A stretch of 64,000 bases of DNA from contig JAAAPI010000101.1 in NCBI GenBank assembly GCA_009908325.1, forward strand, positions 17,117 through 81,116. Reading direction: 5' to 3'. The translations under genes and the position numbers were made by a program. The notes beneath the pieces are model-generated. The model saw only the letters and a list, made by a program, of their open reading frames with translations. It had not been told where the DNA came from and searched no databases. Shown here one piece after another: positions 1-9,964 of this stretch. Each line of letters begins with the position of its first letter. The stretch's first letter is position 1. Source of the stretch: Verrucomicrobiota bacterium. Its GTDB lineage: Bacteria; Verrucomicrobiota; Verrucomicrobiia; Opitutales; Coraliomargaritaceae.

Positions 1-664
1 CCTTCATGCGCGCGAAAGCGTCTTTCCCGATCAGGTGCTTCGTCTCCTTCGTTAAAGGCATGTGGATCGAGAGGAAATCAGAGGCCTCGATCGCTTCGTC
101 GAGGCTGCAGAGCTTGACACCCAGGCTTTTTGCCCGGGTCTCCGTCAAATAGGGGTCATAGGCCACGACCTCCATCTGAAAAGCCATGGCCCGCTTGGCC
201 AGTTCGGTGCCGATACGACCCAGCCCAAGAATGCCGAGCGTCTTTTGATTCAGCTCGCTGCCCGTATACTTTTTACGGTCCCACCGGCCCTCGTTCATGC
301 TTTTGTTTGCCTGGGCGATGTGGCGCGCACCCGCCAGCATATGGGCAAATGTGAGTTCAGCCGCTGCGATTGTATTGCCCGTCGGGGTGTTCATCACGAT
401 CACGCCGCTGTCCGTCGCAGCCTCAATGTCGATGTTGTCGACCCCAACCCCCGCACGACCCACGACCTTCAGGTTTTTCGCGGCAGCGATGACCTCCGCG
501 GTAATTTTGGTGTCCGAACGCACGGCAATCGCGTCGGCGTCCTTTGCCAACTCGAGAATCTGCTCGGGCGAGGAACCGTAGGCCTCGACAACGTCAAAAC
601 CATCCTGGGCCTTGAACAAATTGACACCTATGGGCGAAATGCGGTCTGCAACTATAATTTTCAT
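1..664 (-). CDS. serA: D-3-phosphoglycerate dehydrogenase (5' part; runs off window start)
   Basis: Not in the ORF track. Manual translation from ATG at 664 gives MKIIVADRISPIGV...VGRAGVGVDNID...NTPTGNTIAAAE...TLGILGLGRIG...VVAYDPY, the SerA signature motifs. Confidence 0.93.
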   Translation of the reverse strand, partial: MKIIVADRISPIGVNLFKAQDGFDVVEAYGSSPEQILELAKDADAIAVRSDTKITAEVIAAAKNLKVVGRAGVGVDNIDIEAATDSGVIVMNTPTGNTIAAAELTFAHMLAGARHIAQANKSMNEGRWDRKKYTGSELNQKTLGILGLGRIGTELAKRAMAFQMEVVAYDPYLTETRAKSLGVKLCSLDEAIEASDFLSIHMPLTKETKHLIGKDAFARMK

Positions 665-739
665 AAGAGGGCGCGGAGTAAATTTACCTCGAATGGAATT
701 GCAATAGAAACCTGTAAAACCCCTGCACACAGCCGACGC

Positions 740-773
740 AAAAAAACGAAGCCCCGTTTCCAGGACTCCGTTT
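740..773 (-). terminator. Rho-independent terminator of the RRM gene
   Basis: Minus strand reads ACGGAGTCC-loop-GGGGCTTCGT followed by a T-run, just downstream of the stop at 808. Confidence 0.7.
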
Positions 774-807
774 GAAAGTGTGACTTGAGACCAGGTAACT
801 AAGTCGC

Positions 808-1203
808 CTAGTAACTGTCGCGGCCACCACGGTCGCCGCCGCGCCCGCCACGATCACCACCACGGCCGCCACCGCCGCCACGATTGAATCCACCGCGGCC
901 GCCACGGCCACCGCCGAAGCCGCCACGGCCACCGCCGCCACCTTGAGGGCGCTCCTCGCGGGGGCGTGCTTCATTGATCGTCAAGGCACGGCCGAGGAAT
1001 TCCTCGCCGTTCAAGCCTTCGATGGCAGCATTCATTTCTTCGGGGGTTCCCATCGAGACGAAAGCAAAGCCGCGGGGGCGGCCAGACTCACGGTCCTTGA
1101 CGATGAAAACGTCGCTTACGGTCCCATGAGCTTCGAAAAGCTCGCGGAGGTCACTATCAGTCGCGTCGTAGGACAGATTGCCTACATACATCTTTGTGTT
1201 CAT
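808..1203 (-). CDS. RRM RNA-binding protein with glycine/RGG-rich tail
   Basis: RNP2 (MYVGNL) and RNP1 (RGFAFV) motifs, INEARPRE, and a GGRGG tail. Confidence 0.93.
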   Translation of the reverse strand: MNTKMYVGNLSYDATDSDLRELFEAHGTVSDVFIVKDRESGRPRGFAFVSMGTPEEMNAAIEGLNGEEFLGRALTINEARPREERPQGGGGGRGGFGGGRGGRGGFNRGGGGGRGGDRGGRGGDRGGRDSY

Positions 1204-1381
1204 TTATTTTTCTTTATTAGGGCTATCCCACCTGCTTCTTCGCTCTGAGTACCGCGTGTCTGCGACTTCACCTGACTGAATAAATGACTTGATCCAACGG
1301 ATGCTACCCACGCTCTGAATGTTAACATGTGTTATAGACTCCGGAATCTTATCGACAGGTTGACAACGTTTGGCAAGTCGA

Positions 1382-1538
1382 TTCGTCCCGGCTATTCATG
1401 TTCGTTATGATTAAATATTCGGGGTAAATTTTCCCGTCACTGTTGCCTGAGCTCGTTCCGCACCTGAAGGAGCGGATATACGTATGCGGCTTCCTTCAGG
1501 TAGCCGCTACCCCGCACTTTTCGTCCCGGCTATTCATG
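1382..1538. repeat. 19-bp perfect direct repeat TTCGTCCCGGCTATTCATG (1382-1400, 1520-1538) duplicating the rlmH 3' end
   Basis: Read directly from the sequence. The second copy overlaps the last codons and stop of rlmH. Confidence 0.9.
1455..1510. repeat. REP/REPIN family C copy 1 (double hairpin around an ATACGTAT core)
   Basis: GTTCCGCACCTGAAGGAGCGGA-TATACGTAT-GCGGCTTCCTTCAGGTAGCCGCTAC; related copies at about 4328-4384 and, inverted, 55273-55326. Confidence 0.75.
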
Positions 1539-1973
1539 ATGATACTTTGATCCGGTTTGGATCGAGACCGCCCGATAGAGTTGCTCGTAGAGCAGCATGC
1601 GCGCGATCTCGTGGGTAAAGGTAAGCGGCGAAAGTGACCAGAGCACATCGGCCCGCTTTTTCACTGCCTCGCTCAGCCCGTAGGCGCCCCCCACAATAAA
1701 GACGACCGACTGCCCCTGGAACGCAGAAAGCGAATCCGATAGCTCTTTCGAGCGATAAGTCGTGCCCTCCTCGCCGAGCGCGTAAATGCGCGCATCGTTC
1801 CGCTTGTTCAATAGCTCCAGGATGCGCCGTCCTTCGCTCTCGACATCCCCGTCCTTCAACTCGATGCACGCAAACTGGCCCTGTCGCTTCAGGCGCTGGC
1901 TGAAATCCTGACAAAGCGCCGCCAGCGAGCGGTTTTTCATTTTGCCGATGGCGATGATGGTGAAACGAAACAT
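1530..1973 (-). CDS. rlmH: 23S rRNA (pseudouridine1915-N3)-methyltransferase
   Basis: IIAIGKMK start, FIVGGAYGL, SLSPLTFTHEIARMLLYEQLYRA, C-terminal YHH. Confidence 0.93.
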   Translation of the reverse strand: MFRFTIIAIGKMKNRSLAALCQDFSQRLKRQGQFACIELKDGDVESEGRRILELLNKRNDARIYALGEEGTTYRSKELSDSLSAFQGQSVVFIVGGAYGLSEAVKKRADVLWSLSPLTFTHEIARMLLYEQLYRAVSIQTGSKYHHE

Positions 1974-1977
1974 TCCC

Positions 1978-2775
1978 CTAATCCTCCAGGCCCAATTCGA
2001 CCAGCACTGGCCGATGATCGCTCACATAGCAACGGAGCACCCGTGCAGAATGCACCACATAGCTGGGCGGTACGAAAATAAAATCCAGACCATGCACCGG
2101 CAGAATCGACGGAAAGGTGCGCGAGCCCCGCCCGGTCGGATGCAGTTGGTAGGCGCATTGCTCCTGCAAATAGCGGAAGAGGTGCCGCACCGCATCGGTC
2201 GGCTTTCCGGAACGGCTGTTGAAATCCCCGCAAACAATAGGCGAAAGGTGGGGCGTACCGTCCGACGTATAGTGCTTTTCATCCAGGAATCGTATCAGTC
2301 GCTCGACCTGCTCGATGCGGCGCAGGCGCGAACGGAAGTCCAGGTGCAGGTTGATCACCGGCAAAACCCCATGCGGGGTCTCCAACTCCGCGCAGACAAA
2401 ACCCTTCTCCCCCAGCGATGCTTTGCCGAATGCTTCGTGTTCCGCATGGAGGATGGGGAACCGCGTCAAAAGCCCGTTTCCGTAAGCCAGTGGCATCTTC
2501 CCCCTCCGCCGATTATGCACCCCGAGGTAGGCGTGCGCGTACCTGGCCTGCTCCTGCAAAAAGTCCAGTAGATGGATGCGGCGGTTCCAGTGCGAGTCTT
2601 CGTCGACCTCCTGCAGCGCCACGATGTCGGCATCGGCCTTGGCCAGCAGCACAGATACCCGCCGCAGACAACGCTCGATCCCCTTTTGAGAGTTAAACCC
2701 CTGATAGGCCGACAACCCACGCCCATGGGCAATGTTCAGCGTCAAAACGCGTAGCAGTCGCTGTCCCACAGCCAT
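1978..2775 (-). CDS. endonuclease/exonuclease/phosphatase family protein
   Basis: LTLNIAHG, DIVALQEVD, NLHL, CGDFNS, LDFIF and SDHRPV motifs. Confidence 0.9.
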   Translation of the reverse strand: MAVGQRLLRVLTLNIAHGRGLSAYQGFNSQKGIERCLRRVSVLLAKADADIVALQEVDEDSHWNRRIHLLDFLQEQARYAHAYLGVHNRRRGKMPLAYGNGLLTRFPILHAEHEAFGKASLGEKGFVCAELETPHGVLPVINLHLDFRSRLRRIEQVERLIRFLDEKHYTSDGTPHLSPIVCGDFNSRSGKPTDAVRHLFRYLQEQCAYQLHPTGRGSRTFPSILPVHGLDFIFVPPSYVVHSARVLRCYVSDHRPVLVELGLED

Positions 2776-2780
2776 CTCTG

Positions 2781-3557
2781 TCAGGATTCGTTGGCGTCTT
2801 TGACCGACTTCGCATAATGCGAGACCGACTTGAACAAACCGTCGGCAAACGAAGCAATCGTCACGAGAACCAACTGGAGCTCCAAATCCGTCAAGCTCAC
2901 CACATCACCCTCTTTAAAAACCTTTCGCTGGTCCACGAGCTTACCTTGAACTTTTCCGGATTCTGACTCGCGACTGAGCAGTTTAACCGCCTTCAGCTCC
3001 AGCACGAGCTCCCCGTTTTCATCGACCTGCGCCTCTTTCACGACGCCCCCTTGCTGCAGGAGTATCTGCATCAGAAAACCCAGCGAGACGATGGAGTCCT
3101 CCAGCTCGCACATGATACCGTAGTCTTCCTCCAGCTTATTAAACTTCAAGTCCAGCGCCGCTGGCACAAAAGCCTTTTGCGATGCCTGCGCCGCCTGCTG
3201 CGCTTCCTGGCTAACCTCCGAATTCGCTTTGGTTGCCTTCACCAAAGCCAGAAAGAAGTGGGCATTGTTCAGCCCCGTCACCGCCAGGTTCATGCTGTCG
3301 CCCACGACCTGACGCACCAGCAGATCGCGGGCATAGGCCTGCATCTGCTCGAAGTTTTGATGGTGCTGCGCCGCCGGCATCACGCGCGGTGCGTTGACCC
3401 GCTCGTTGTAAGACGATTCCTGCACGCTCGCACGCGCCGCCATATTAAAAGCGAGCATATCGAAGTGCCGCTGCAAGCCCGCCATGAATTGCTGCGCGAT
3501 TTGTTGTAGATTAACCTGCTGCGGCTGACCGCCATTGGGTGCTGAGTTTTCTGCCAT
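2781..3557 (-). CDS. hypothetical protein
   Basis: Long ORF co-oriented with neighbours; probable start MAENSAP at 3557; no motif recognised. Confidence 0.75.
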   Translation of the reverse strand: MAENSAPNGGQPQQVNLQQIAQQFMAGLQRHFDMLAFNMAARASVQESSYNERVNAPRVMPAAQHHQNFEQMQAYARDLLVRQVVGDSMNLAVTGLNNAHFFLALVKATKANSEVSQEAQQAAQASQKAFVPAALDLKFNKLEEDYGIMCELEDSIVSLGFLMQILLQQGGVVKEAQVDENGELVLELKAVKLLSRESESGKVQGKLVDQRKVFKEGDVVSLTDLELQLVLVTIASFADGLFKSVSHYAKSVKDANES

Positions 3558-3617
3558 AGTTCCCCTAGACAAATCATGATCCGCCCATCGCACAACACTG
3601 GAATAGCGATTCAACGT

Positions 3618-4250
3618 CTAAAAGTGGCAAAGCCGGAATGGCGACTTAATGCAGGTAAAGACGTAGGCTGGGGGAAGATTTCTCCAGATATACCGACTCT
3701 CCAACTGATCGAATGTCGTCACCAGGGCTGGGCGCAGCCGCCGCGTGTATTGAAAAGCAACAAAGACGCCACCGGGCCTCAGCAAATCATGCACCTCGGT
3801 TAAAAGCGCTTCCCGCTTGCCTCGGGGAAAATTAACCAGAGGAAGCCCGCAGACTACGCAATCCAATGACATCAACTGATGTCTCTCCAGAGAATCACGT
3901 ATTGCGAACGCATCCGCTTCGAGTAATACGTCTGGAAATTGTCCGGCCAGATCACGTCGCATTTTCGGATTCTTCTCGAAACAGAGAAAGCTGGATGCAG
4001 GCACTCGAAGTTGATTGATCGCGCGCGTGACGATACCGGTTCCTCCCCCCAACTCCGCGATCACATGCGACGCCTCCCAATCGATTTCTGTGAGCAATGC
4101 TTTGACCAAAGCGGGAGAGCTGGGAACCACACTGCCGACGCTTTGCGGCGATTTCAAGAAGTGCTGCAAAAAACGCAGCGACTGCTGGATGGAAGGCGTG
4201 ATTCGATCACCTTTTGGTCTAAAGTTGCGTTTGATCGCCCGATTGGCCAT
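3618..4250 (-). CDS. class I SAM methyltransferase (phospholipid N-methyltransferase PmtA-like)
   Basis: FLKSPQSVGSVVPSS, AELGGGTGIVT, CGLPL, FVAFQY, RNLPPAYV. The ORF's upstream extension runs through a repeat and is probably not coding. Confidence 0.8.
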   Translation of the reverse strand: MANRAIKRNFRPKGDRITPSIQQSLRFLQHFLKSPQSVGSVVPSSPALVKALLTEIDWEASHVIAELGGGTGIVTRAINQLRVPASSFLCFEKNPKMRRDLAGQFPDVLLEADAFAIRDSLERHQLMSLDCVVCGLPLVNFPRGKREALLTEVHDLLRPGGVFVAFQYTRRLRPALVTTFDQLESRYIWRNLPPAYVFTCIKSPFRLCHF

Positions 4251-4327
4251 GGGCTGGGAATGTCGGTTCACCAGCAAACCTTGGCAAGATAATTTGGTGA
4301 GTCGGCACACCCCTCGTTTATCGCCCT

Positions 4328-4384
4328 CTCCGCCAGAGGTGGGAGCGGACATACGTATGTGGCTTCCTTTAGGTGGCCACCCCC
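4328..4384. repeat. REP/REPIN family C copy 2
   Basis: GGAGCGGACATACGTATGTGGCTTCCTTTAGGTGGCCAC matches 1469-1506. Confidence 0.7.
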
Positions 4385-4452
4385 AGCACGCTTGATCACG
4401 CCCCCTCCCCCAAAGCGCTTAAATATTGATTGGCAGAACCCTATACTTCCCG

Positions 4453-5910
4453 ATGATGAAAGTCATGGCAACTTGGATAAACGAGAATCTGATCGATCCA
4501 CTGGTTGATTTCATGGGAGGGGGATTGCTCTTTATCCTGACAAATATCACCACCGTTTTGGGTTTTGTCCTGGCGCTTCTAATCATCCGCCGCGTCCTCT
4601 CCGAAAAAAGAAATCCGAGTAACTTTTTTGCCTGGTTTTTCGTCGTCATTTTTTTCCCGTTAATCGGCGTGCCGCTTTACTTTATGTTTGGTGGACGCAA
4701 GAGCCGCAAGTTGGCCGGAATCAAAAAACAGATCGCAGAGAGCGCGGAAGCTATCGCCGAGCAACAGGGTCCAAGCCGAAACCGTGGTTTGCAGGACTCT
4801 TTCGGACGCGAGGGCAATCACTTCGAACTCCTCTCAGATGGAGAGCTCGCATTTGAGCGTATTTGCCGCGAGATTGATCGTGCGGAGCACACCATCCATA
4901 TCGCGACCTACATTTTAGGAAACGATACCGCTGGCCAAGCCATCGTGGATCGACTCAGCCAGCGCGCGGCCGAGGGCGTGACTGTGCGTCTCCTGCTCGA
5001 TTCGTTGGGAAGTTGGAACAAGACCCGGACATCGCGCTATAAAATCCGTAAAGCCGGGGGCCACGTTGCCATGTTTATGCCGGTCCTGCCGCTCCAAACC
5101 CATACGTCCTCGAATCTGCGAAACCACCGTAAAATCGCCATCTTCGACAACTTCCGGGCAATCACTGGCGGACAAAACCTCGACACCCGTTTCATGGGTG
5201 CCGGGGCGGATCCAGATCGGTTCACCGATTTCAGCGTGGTCACCCAGGGTCCGGCCGTCGCCATGCTGACCCGCACCTTTCTGGCTGACTGGGCCTTTGC
5301 GCACAAGGAAGACCCAAAACGGTATGCCGACATACTCCGCTATATCCCGGAAGAGGCGGGCAACAGCACCACCGAGATACTGACCAGCGGGCCCGATGTG
5401 GCAAACGACCCGCTCTGGGAGCAAATCGTCCGAATCATTCAGGAATTCAAACAAAACCTGACCATCATCACGCCCTACTTCATTCCCGATGAGGTCATCT
5501 TTCAGTCCCTCATCGTGAAGGCCCATACCGGCCGACGCATTCGCTTGATCGTACCGCTTAAATCCAATCAGCGATTAACCGACATCGCCCGCTACAAATT
5601 CCTCCGGAAGCTCGACGAGGCTGGCGTTGACATCCAATTTTACACGCCCCGTATGATGCACGGCAAACTGATCCTGGCCGATGGACAACTGGCCATTACC
5701 GGATCCGCCAACATCGATATGCGCTCGCTCTTCGTTAATTTCGAGATCGCGCAAGTTCACTACACCCCCACCGATATTGAGAAATTGACTGGTTGGGCCG
5801 ATGATCTGCTGAAAGATTGCATTCCTTATAAGAAAGCCTCGCAAGACAAGGCCATCTTCCCCTCCCACACGGCTGAAAGTCTCGTCCACCTGATTTCACC
5901 TTTGCTATAA
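4453..5910 (+). CDS. cls: cardiolipin synthase (PLD family)
   Basis: Two N-terminal TM helices with a PLDc_N-like segment and two HKD motifs (NHRKIAIFD, MHGKLILAD). Exact start uncertain. Confidence 0.9.
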   Translation: MMKVMATWINENLIDPLVDFMGGGLLFILTNITTVLGFVLALLIIRRVLSEKRNPSNFFAWFFVVIFFPLIGVPLYFMFGGRKSRKLAGIKKQIAESAEAIAEQQGPSRNRGLQDSFGREGNHFELLSDGELAFERICREIDRAEHTIHIATYILGNDTAGQAIVDRLSQRAAEGVTVRLLLDSLGSWNKTRTSRYKIRKAGGHVAMFMPVLPLQTHTSSNLRNHRKIAIFDNFRAITGGQNLDTRFMGAGADPDRFTDFSVVTQGPAVAMLTRTFLADWAFAHKEDPKRYADILRYIPEEAGNSTTEILTSGPDVANDPLWEQIVRIIQEFKQNLTIITPYFIPDEVIFQSLIVKAHTGRRIRLIVPLKSNQRLTDIARYKFLRKLDEAGVDIQFYTPRMMHGKLILADGQLAITGSANIDMRSLFVNFEIAQVHYTPTDIEKLTGWADDLLKDCIPYKKASQDKAIFPSHTAESLVHLISPLL

Positions 5911-5920
5911 ACCATTGCTC

Positions 5921-7549
5921 ATGTCGTCCCGCCTGCTCAATCCTTTATCAGTGATCGCCCTGCTTGCCCTGACGGCCTGTGGCCCGGAGCAAAGCAACGT
6001 GCGCACCGGCAACGCCGAACAGAAACTCTACATCGGGATTGGCACGGAGCCCGAAGGTCTCGATCCACACCTCGTGACCGGAGTCACGGAACACTACGTC
6101 TTGCTCTCGCTCTTGGAGGGACTGACGACCGTGCACCCGAAAACGCTTGAGATCGAACCCGGCGTGGCGGAGCGCTGGGAGGTCTCCGAGGACGGGCTGC
6201 ACTACACCTTCCAACTCGATCCCGAGGCCCGCTGGTCGAACGGCGACCTCGTCACTTCAGGCGACTTTCTCTTCTCCTTCGAGCGCATTCTGACGCCCGC
6301 CCTCGGCGCGCCCTACGCCTACATGCTCTACAGCATCAAAAACGCCGAGGCCTTCAACAAGGGCGAGCTGACCGATTTTGCAGAGGTCGGCGTCAAAGCA
6401 CCGGACCCCCGCACGCTGACCTTCGAACTGGAGTCGCCCACCCCCTACTTTCTCAGCCTATCCACCCACTACACCTGGTGGCCGGTCCACCCGCCGAGCG
6501 TGCTCGCCCATGGCGGCATGACCGATCGTATTTCGAAGTGGACCAAGCCGGGCAATTTCGTTGGCAACGGCCCCTTCGCTCTAAAAACCTGGCGGCTGAA
6601 TCACTCCATCGAGGTTGAGAAAAACGCCCACTACCGCGACGCCGAAGCCGTCCGGCTCAACGGCATACACTTTCTCCCCATCGCCATGGACACGGAGGAG
6701 CGGGCCTTCCGTGCCGACCAGCTGCACGTCACCAGCACCGTCCCGATCCCGCGGATCGACTGGTATCGGAAAAACGCTCCGGATCGCCTGCATTTCGACA
6801 CCTACCTCGGCGTTTATTACTACATGCTGAACACCGCCCGCGAGCCGCTCGACGACCCCCGTGTGCGCAAAGCCCTGGCCTACTCGATCAACCGCGAAGC
6901 GCTGACGAAGCACGTGCTCAAAGCCGGCCAAGAGCCCGCTTACCACTTCACACCGCCCAACACGGGGGGCTACACCGCCGAGGCCAAACTACCCTACGAT
7001 CCCGATCTCGCCCGCCAACTTCTCGCCGAAGCCGGCTTCCCGGGCGGAGCCGGCTTCCCAAAGCTGGAACTTCTCTTCAACACCAGCGAATCCCACCGAA
7101 CTGTAGCCGTGGCCATCCAGCAGATGTGGCAGGAGGAACTGGGCATCGACATCGGCCTCTATAATCAGGAGTGGAAGGTCTACCTGGCCACCCGCAAGGA
7201 GCGTAACTTCGACATCGTGCGGGCCGCCTGGATCGGCGACTACGTGGACCCCAACACCTTCCTCAGCCTCGGCACCAGCGATAACGGCAACAACCACAGC
7301 AACTGGGGCAACGAACGCTATGACGCCTTAATGCGCGAGGCCGCTCTAACACAGGAGCCGACATCCCGCCTTCAGCTTTTCCAGGAGGCCGAAGCCATCC
7401 TGATGGACGAGATGCCCGTCATTCCGATCCACTTCTACGTCCGCAGCACCCTGATCGACGAGGCCGTGCGCGGGTGGCACCCCAACATCCTCGACTATCA
7501 TCCCTACCAGGATGTCTGGCTGGAGTCCGCGTCCGGCGACCAGCCCTAA
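5921..7549 (+). CDS. oppA: peptide ABC transporter substrate-binding lipoprotein (OppA-like)
   Basis: Lipobox LALTAC, EPEGLDP, GVAERWEVSEDGLHYTF, WSNGDLVTSGDF, VGNGPF, AWIGDYVDP. Confidence 0.9.
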   Translation: MSSRLLNPLSVIALLALTACGPEQSNVRTGNAEQKLYIGIGTEPEGLDPHLVTGVTEHYVLLSLLEGLTTVHPKTLEIEPGVAERWEVSEDGLHYTFQLDPEARWSNGDLVTSGDFLFSFERILTPALGAPYAYMLYSIKNAEAFNKGELTDFAEVGVKAPDPRTLTFELESPTPYFLSLSTHYTWWPVHPPSVLAHGGMTDRISKWTKPGNFVGNGPFALKTWRLNHSIEVEKNAHYRDAEAVRLNGIHFLPIAMDTEERAFRADQLHVTSTVPIPRIDWYRKNAPDRLHFDTYLGVYYYMLNTAREPLDDPRVRKALAYSINREALTKHVLKAGQEPAYHFTPPNTGGYTAEAKLPYDPDLARQLLAEAGFPGGAGFPKLELLFNTSESHRTVAVAIQQMWQEELGIDIGLYNQEWKVYLATRKERNFDIVRAAWIGDYVDPNTFLSLGTSDNGNNHSNWGNERYDALMREAALTQEPTSRLQLFQEAEAILMDEMPVIPIHFYVRSTLIDEAVRGWHPNILDYHPYQDVWLESASGDQP

Positions 7550-7784
7550 ATCGCACTGATCGATGCGAATCTGGATTCGCCGCAGCACAACAGCATTTTC
7601 AAGTGGAACCAAGGCCGAAGCCGCCGAATGTCCCGAACTCTACTGCCTCACCAACGCGACTACCTCCAAGCCCTTGGACTCCCGGAGGACATCTTCACAG
7701 TGCCCGTCAAAACGATACAGAAAACAGTAAAAGCCCGACCTCTATAATTGATCAAAAAATCAGAATCTTGCTAAGGAATGTGGG

Positions 7785-8027
7785 TTAGAAAATTAGTTTT
7801 TGCTGAATATCTTCAATTTCCTTGCCGAATATAGGTAAAGCGGCGAACGAGCCATTCCAACGGACCATTTTTGGAATCTCTTTATCCATAGAACACTCAA
7901 CTTGACTTGCCCCACGAAAAATAGCATGGCGATGGGGATTTGTGAGGACGGAGCCACCTGCCCATACAGTCCGAGCCCATAACCAATAATAAAGAGCCAA
8001 TAAATTTTCTTTCCGATTGTCATTCAT
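7785..8027 (-). CDS. small hypothetical ORF or remnant in an AT-richer patch
   Basis: Two overlapping short ORFs (7785-8027, 7793-8023); no motif recognised. Confidence 0.25.
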   Translation of the reverse strand: MNDNRKENLLALYYWLWARTVWAGGSVLTNPHRHAIFRGASQVECSMDKEIPKMVRWNGSFAALPIFGKEIEDIQQKLIF

Positions 8028-8053
8028 GCCACCTGCTCTACTGATATTTTAGT

Positions 8054-8899
8054 ATGAAAAATATTCTATCCCGCCTCACCTCGACCACCGCCTTGCTTGC
8101 TTTTGCCTTGACCTTGCCAGCGGCAGGGGAAGCAACCTATTCCATGACGGACACCCCTTCTGATGTAAGCGCTGTCCCCGAGGATGCGCAGATAACCAAT
8201 TCCGGGCTCGCTTCACGTGTCATTAAAGTCGGCTCCGGCTCAGAATCGCCCGCTGCCGCCGACACCGTGACGGTGCACTACAGTGGCTGGACAACCGATG
8301 GGCGGATGTTTGATAGCTCGGTTCGGCGCGGACAGCCCACTAGCTTTCCGCTGAATCGAGTCATTCCCGGCTGGACGGAGGGCCTGCAGCTCATGGTCGT
8401 GGGCGAGACCCGCCGTTTTTGGATTCCCGCCAAACTCGCCTACGGGGAAAACCCGGGCGGCGGACGCCCCGGTGGCATGCTTGTCTTTGACGTCGAGCTG
8501 CTCGACATCGAAAAGGCTCCGGAACCGCCGAAGGTGCCCGAAGATGTCGCAGCCATTCCCGAGGATGCCGAGGTTCGGAAGAGTGGGCTGGCCTTCCGTG
8601 TCTTAAAGGCTGGCGACGGCGAGACTCAGCCGACCAAGCGGTCCGTCGTGACGGTGCACTACAGCGGTTGGACGACGGATGGGCAGATGTTTGACAGCTC
8701 GGTTGTGCGCGGTCAGACGGCGACCTTCGGTCTCGGCCAAGTCATCCCCGGCTGGACCGAAGGCCTCCAACTCATGGTCGAGGGCGAAAAACGCCGGTTC
8801 TGGATCCCCGCGAATCTGGCCTACGGTGAGAAACCCATGGGCGGACGTCCCGGCGGTATGCTTGTCTTCGATGTTGAACTCATCAGGATCGGTCGCTAG
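8054..8899 (+). CDS. FKBP-type peptidyl-prolyl isomerase with signal peptide and two tandem FKBP domains
   Basis: VTVHYSGWTTDG.MFDSSV.RG...VIPGWTEGLQLM...RRFWIP..LAYG...GMLVFDVEL occurs twice. Confidence 0.93.
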   Translation: MKNILSRLTSTTALLAFALTLPAAGEATYSMTDTPSDVSAVPEDAQITNSGLASRVIKVGSGSESPAAADTVTVHYSGWTTDGRMFDSSVRRGQPTSFPLNRVIPGWTEGLQLMVVGETRRFWIPAKLAYGENPGGGRPGGMLVFDVELLDIEKAPEPPKVPEDVAAIPEDAEVRKSGLAFRVLKAGDGETQPTKRSVVTVHYSGWTTDGQMFDSSVVRGQTATFGLGQVIPGWTEGLQLMVEGEKRRFWIPANLAYGEKPMGGRPGGMLVFDVELIRIGR

Positions 8900-8929
8900 A
8901 GCGCAGATTCACTGAACCCAAAGCGTTGT

Positions 8930-9496
8930 ATGGGCCGTAATTCCATTCATAAAATCAAACGACCACCACGCCACTCCAGAGGGCCGACGATCGTCTACCT
9001 GGAAAACGAGAACGACCTCTTCGATCTGATTGGCCGAACAGAAAATCCACTCATCCTCGTTTTGGAGGGGGTGCAGGACCCGCACAACCTGGGGGCCTGC
9101 CTGCGCACGGCTTCGGGTGCGGGGGTTACCGCGGTGCTCGCTCCAGTCAAGGGGGCCTGCGGCATCACGCCGACGGTGCGCGATATTTCCTGTGGCGGGG
9201 CCGACGATGTGCCCTTTCTCAAGGTGAAAAACATTGGTATGCTGTTGCGTAAATTTCATGATCAACGGATCCAGATTGTGGGCACATCCGACCGGGGCAA
9301 CGACTCGCTCTATGATCTTGATTTGACTCAACCGACCGCCTTCGTGCTCGGCAGCGAGGGCTGGGGTGTTCGCAAAGTGACGGGCGATCTTTGTGATCGC
9401 CTGGTCAGCCTGCCCATGGCCGGGACGGTCGATTGCCTGAATGTCTCTGTCTCGGCAGGTGTCTGCCTCTACGAAACGGTGCGCCAGCGATTGTGA
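8930..9496 (+). CDS. TrmH/SpoU (RlmB-like) RNA 2'-O-methyltransferase, catalytic domain only
   Basis: VQDPHNLGACLRT, VLGSEGWG, LPMAG.VDCLNVSVSAG..LYE. Confidence 0.88.
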   Translation: MGRNSIHKIKRPPRHSRGPTIVYLENENDLFDLIGRTENPLILVLEGVQDPHNLGACLRTASGAGVTAVLAPVKGACGITPTVRDISCGGADDVPFLKVKNIGMLLRKFHDQRIQIVGTSDRGNDSLYDLDLTQPTAFVLGSEGWGVRKVTGDLCDRLVSLPMAGTVDCLNVSVSAGVCLYETVRQRL

Positions 9497-9505
9497 GCCG
9501 AGTCC

Positions 9506-9916
9506 ATGTCGATTGAATTGCAGGTTTTTGTCTACGGCACCCTCAAGCCCGGCGGTCGCTACTGGCCACAGTTCTGTGAGGGCAAAGTCGCCCGCCACCA
9601 GCCAGCCAAAATCCAGGGTGAACTCTACGATCTGCATGTCGGATACCCCGGCCTGCGCTTGCGGGGACAGAATTGGGTCCATGGATGCCTGCTCGAACTC
9701 AAGGATCCGGTTCACCTCGACGGCCTCGACTACCTGGAAGGCTACGTCCCCAACCGGCCCGAATCGGAAAACGAATACAACCGCGTTCGCGTGGCCTGTT
9801 ATGATGAAAACGGCCAACCTCTCGGTGACGTCTGGGCCTATGAAATGACCACAGCTGCCTTCGCCAAGCACCACCCCTCCCGCATTGAAGATGGGAATTG
9901 GCCGGTCGATTTATAA
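9506..9916 (+). CDS. gamma-glutamylcyclotransferase (AIG2-like) family protein
   Basis: VFVYGTLKPG, GYPG, LDYLEG motifs. Confidence 0.88.
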   Translation: MSIELQVFVYGTLKPGGRYWPQFCEGKVARHQPAKIQGELYDLHVGYPGLRLRGQNWVHGCLLELKDPVHLDGLDYLEGYVPNRPESENEYNRVRVACYDENGQPLGDVWAYEMTTAAFAKHHPSRIEDGNWPVDL

Positions 9917-9964
9917 AAAAGTAATACTCCTTTACTTTATTACGAAGAATCCTATCTTTCAAGG

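Noticed and set aside
62-775. 237-aa plus-strand ORF
   Set aside because: Antisense shadow of serA, which the ORF track missed because it runs off the window.
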